A DNA stretch of 64,000 nt, taken from assembly GCA_951406725.2 (NCBI GenBank), contig OX597828.1, positions 36,828,001-36,892,000 on the forward strand, written 5' to 3'. The notes beneath the pieces were generated by a model, which was not told the DNA's origin, did no database searches, and saw nothing but the letters and a program-made list of their open reading frames with translations. The DNA comes from Octopus vulgaris (lineage: Eukaryota). This document shows, piece after piece, positions 61,398-64,000 of this stretch. Both the position numbers and the translations under genes were made by a program. The stretch's first letter is position 1. The number at the start of each line of letters is the position of its first letter.

Positions 61398-62070
61398 ATA
61401 ACATTTCGATAGAAGATCCATTTTTTGTCACCAGTCACAAGTCTATCCAAAAAGGGTGATATGAGTTCGCGAGAATGGAGAGAAGAGCAAATGTCAAATC
61501 GGGATATGCGGTTGCTTTCGGACAATTCATGAGGCACCCATTTTCCAAGTTTATGAGGTTGTTGAAGATGACGATGAACAGTTGTATGGTTTGAACTAAG
61601 CTTTATTGCCAATTCTTCAACTGATAATGCAGGATTTTCTTCAAGTAATACCTCAAGGATCTTATCAGAAAATCCAACTGAACGTCCTGTTCGATCTTCG
61701 ACTTCAAGGCTGAAATCTCCACTTCTGAATTTTGCAAGCCATCTTCTGCAAGTTCTTTCATTCAAGCAGTCTTTCCCATAAACTGAGTGTATGTTTCGAG
61801 TCGCTTCGTCTGCAGAGTTTCCTTTTTTGTACTCATAAAGCATTATGCGCCTCAAATGCTCTTTGGATACTTCCATGTTAGAAAGGGTTTTAATCAAAGA
61901 AATTTTAATTCTATTATTCTGTAAAAATAATATTTAATTAGTTTAAATGCACACAAATGCATAAAAATAATTTTTAATTCCATTTGACATTCTAAAATTG
62001 AATGAAATTTAATAAATTTCATTCAATTTTAAAAAAGGTAAAATCGGACAGAACTTATGAGATGACCTGA
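61398..62070 (-). mobile_element. 5' half of a mariner, same family as 20018-21273
   Basis: TIR CTTATGAGATGACCTGA followed by TA. ORF 61376-61897 with EVSKEHLRRIMLYEY, WVPHEL and TGDKKW, truncated at a microsatellite. Confidence 0.92.
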
Positions 62071-62092
62071 TATAATTGTATTTGAGTTTGTG

Positions 62093-62133
<41 letters not shown>

Positions 62134-62773
62134 GTGTGTGCGTGCGCGCGTGTGTGTGTTACTGTTGTTAGTCTCCCTGAAGTCAACATTGATCCAACAG
62201 AATTTTGTACAGTGACGATTCACTCATAATCACAGTTTGATCGTCTTTGACTAGAGAAGCTATCTGCTCTCAGTACTATTGATGTTTAAACTTAATGTGT
62301 CTAGATAGAGTCTTCAGGGTTTATTTAGACTTCTGATCCGTCTTTCTGAGGTTTTTAAGAGACTGAGAATAGAAGACTTAATCCTGAATGTCAGTCAGTC
62401 CCAAGGTTAATTTGCTGATTCTAGGTTTAATTTTCTGGTGGCTAGACTCGAGTAACGTGAAATAAAGTGCTTTGCTCAATGACGGGGCCTGGTAACCAGT
62501 GCTGACCTGTCGCTTATTAACAACAACAACAACAACAACAACAACAAAAACAACAACATCAACAACAACCTTGCCGTACAGCGCTAGTATATAGAGCATT
62601 CTATAATAAGTATAGCACATGCCATATTTATACATATAATAGAAACACAAAACAAACCTCTAAATGTACACATAAAATTAACTTCCATTATACACACACA
62701 TGGAACTAACCGGCAATATACAAATACACACACGCGCATAAACAAAGACCAATCATCCATTATGCACGCGCAT

Positions 62774-62812
<39 letters not shown>

Positions 62813-63243
62813 CAGAACAAATCTCTACTTTACATAGATGAAACTTTCTACTGTAGCAAGTACGTACACAGACCCAGTCTCTTCTATAAACACTCGCACA
62901 CGTTCACATGCACACTCAAGCAAACACACACGCACACACACACACACCAAATTTCTGCTGTACGTACGTGCAAACAGATCAAACACTATAAACACACACA
63001 CGTACGCAAACACAGAATAAAACTTAACAATATACACATACACACGCAGACAAAACTTACGCCATATACACACACGCACACACACAGACTACATTTTCTT
63101 CTATATCACACAGATACACATACATTTCCCACCAACCATCCAGGCATCATTTCATTTTAATCAAACTCATGATTAAACCAAAAAGTGTTTATGAGTTTTT
63201 CAGTATCGTATCCTTGTCTGCAGATGAAAACATACTCATGCGC

Positions 63244-63375
63244 ACGCGCACACGTTCGTACACACGCACACATTCGTACACACGCACACGTTCGTACACA
63301 CGCACACGTTCGTACACACGCACACGTTCGTACACACGCACACGTTCGTACACACGTTCGTACACACGTACGTAC
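63244..63375. repeat. 18-bp minisatellite (CACACGTTCGTACACACG), about 7 units
   Basis: Directly visible. Confidence 0.9.
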
Positions 63376-63607
63376 AGACTAGAATTCAATCACTGCCAAT
63401 CAGAAACGTCTATAAGGAGACAAACTCACATATATCTATAAACACAGATACAGGACTGTTTACACAAATACACACGCATGCACACTCGCACACACACACA
63501 CACACACACAGATGAATATATATATATATGCATACGTGCGTATATATTTGTATGTATATGTAGAAATTTATGTATATAATGCATTTATGTGTGTGTATAT
63601 ATTTATG

Positions 63608-63674
<67 letters not shown>

Positions 63675-63678
63675 ATTT

Positions 63679-63752
<74 letters not shown>

Positions 63753-64000
63753 ACGTATGTATGGATGTCTATGTGTGTGTTTGTGTAGAAGCGTATGCGT
63801 AAACATACAGGCCTAAACGAAGTAAACATTCCACCCCACCCCACAACTACACACACACACATACACACATACACACACACACACACACACACAAACACAA
63901 ACACACACACGCCTGTACACGTAGCTCTTCTCCCCATAGAGACACGGCCATCATACACATCCCAGACGCAAACTTTTTTACAAAATACACAGCGGTGGGC

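Noticed and set aside
63169-63441. ORF with RSYTRT repeats
   Set aside because: An 18-bp minisatellite derived from CA repeats; open in several frames on both strands.

Overview
AT-rich, microsatellite-dense animal genomic DNA, intronic or intergenic. The SINE repertoire looks like that of Octopus (cephalopod); this is an inference from repeat families, not from a marker gene. I can support no host protein-coding exon, and almost all listed ORFs are translations of (TA)n, (CA)n, (TACA)n, (TATC)n and (AAT)n tracts. Recognisable content: one full-length decayed mariner (20018-21273), two mariner fragments and several mariner-derived MITEs; two decayed Penelope-like retroelements (RT plus GIY-YIG); two Helentron/DINE-1-like elements; a degraded LINE; and many tRNA-derived SINEs of at least four families. 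The most striking signal is a high density of type I hammerhead ribozyme motifs (CTGAnGA...GAAA...nTH, mostly with palindromic stem III): 9 clear motifs, some with point defects, and about 6 degenerate ones. They sit in short non-coding elements of several unrelated families that show Penelope-like architecture (about 350-nt partial tandem units, 5' inverted duplications, insertion into simple repeats). One family joins a tRNA-like Pol III head, an (AAT)n tract and a minimal hammerhead, making it a candidate Penelope-mobilised, ribozyme-bearing SINE. All structure calls were made by eye and need computational or biochemical confirmation.
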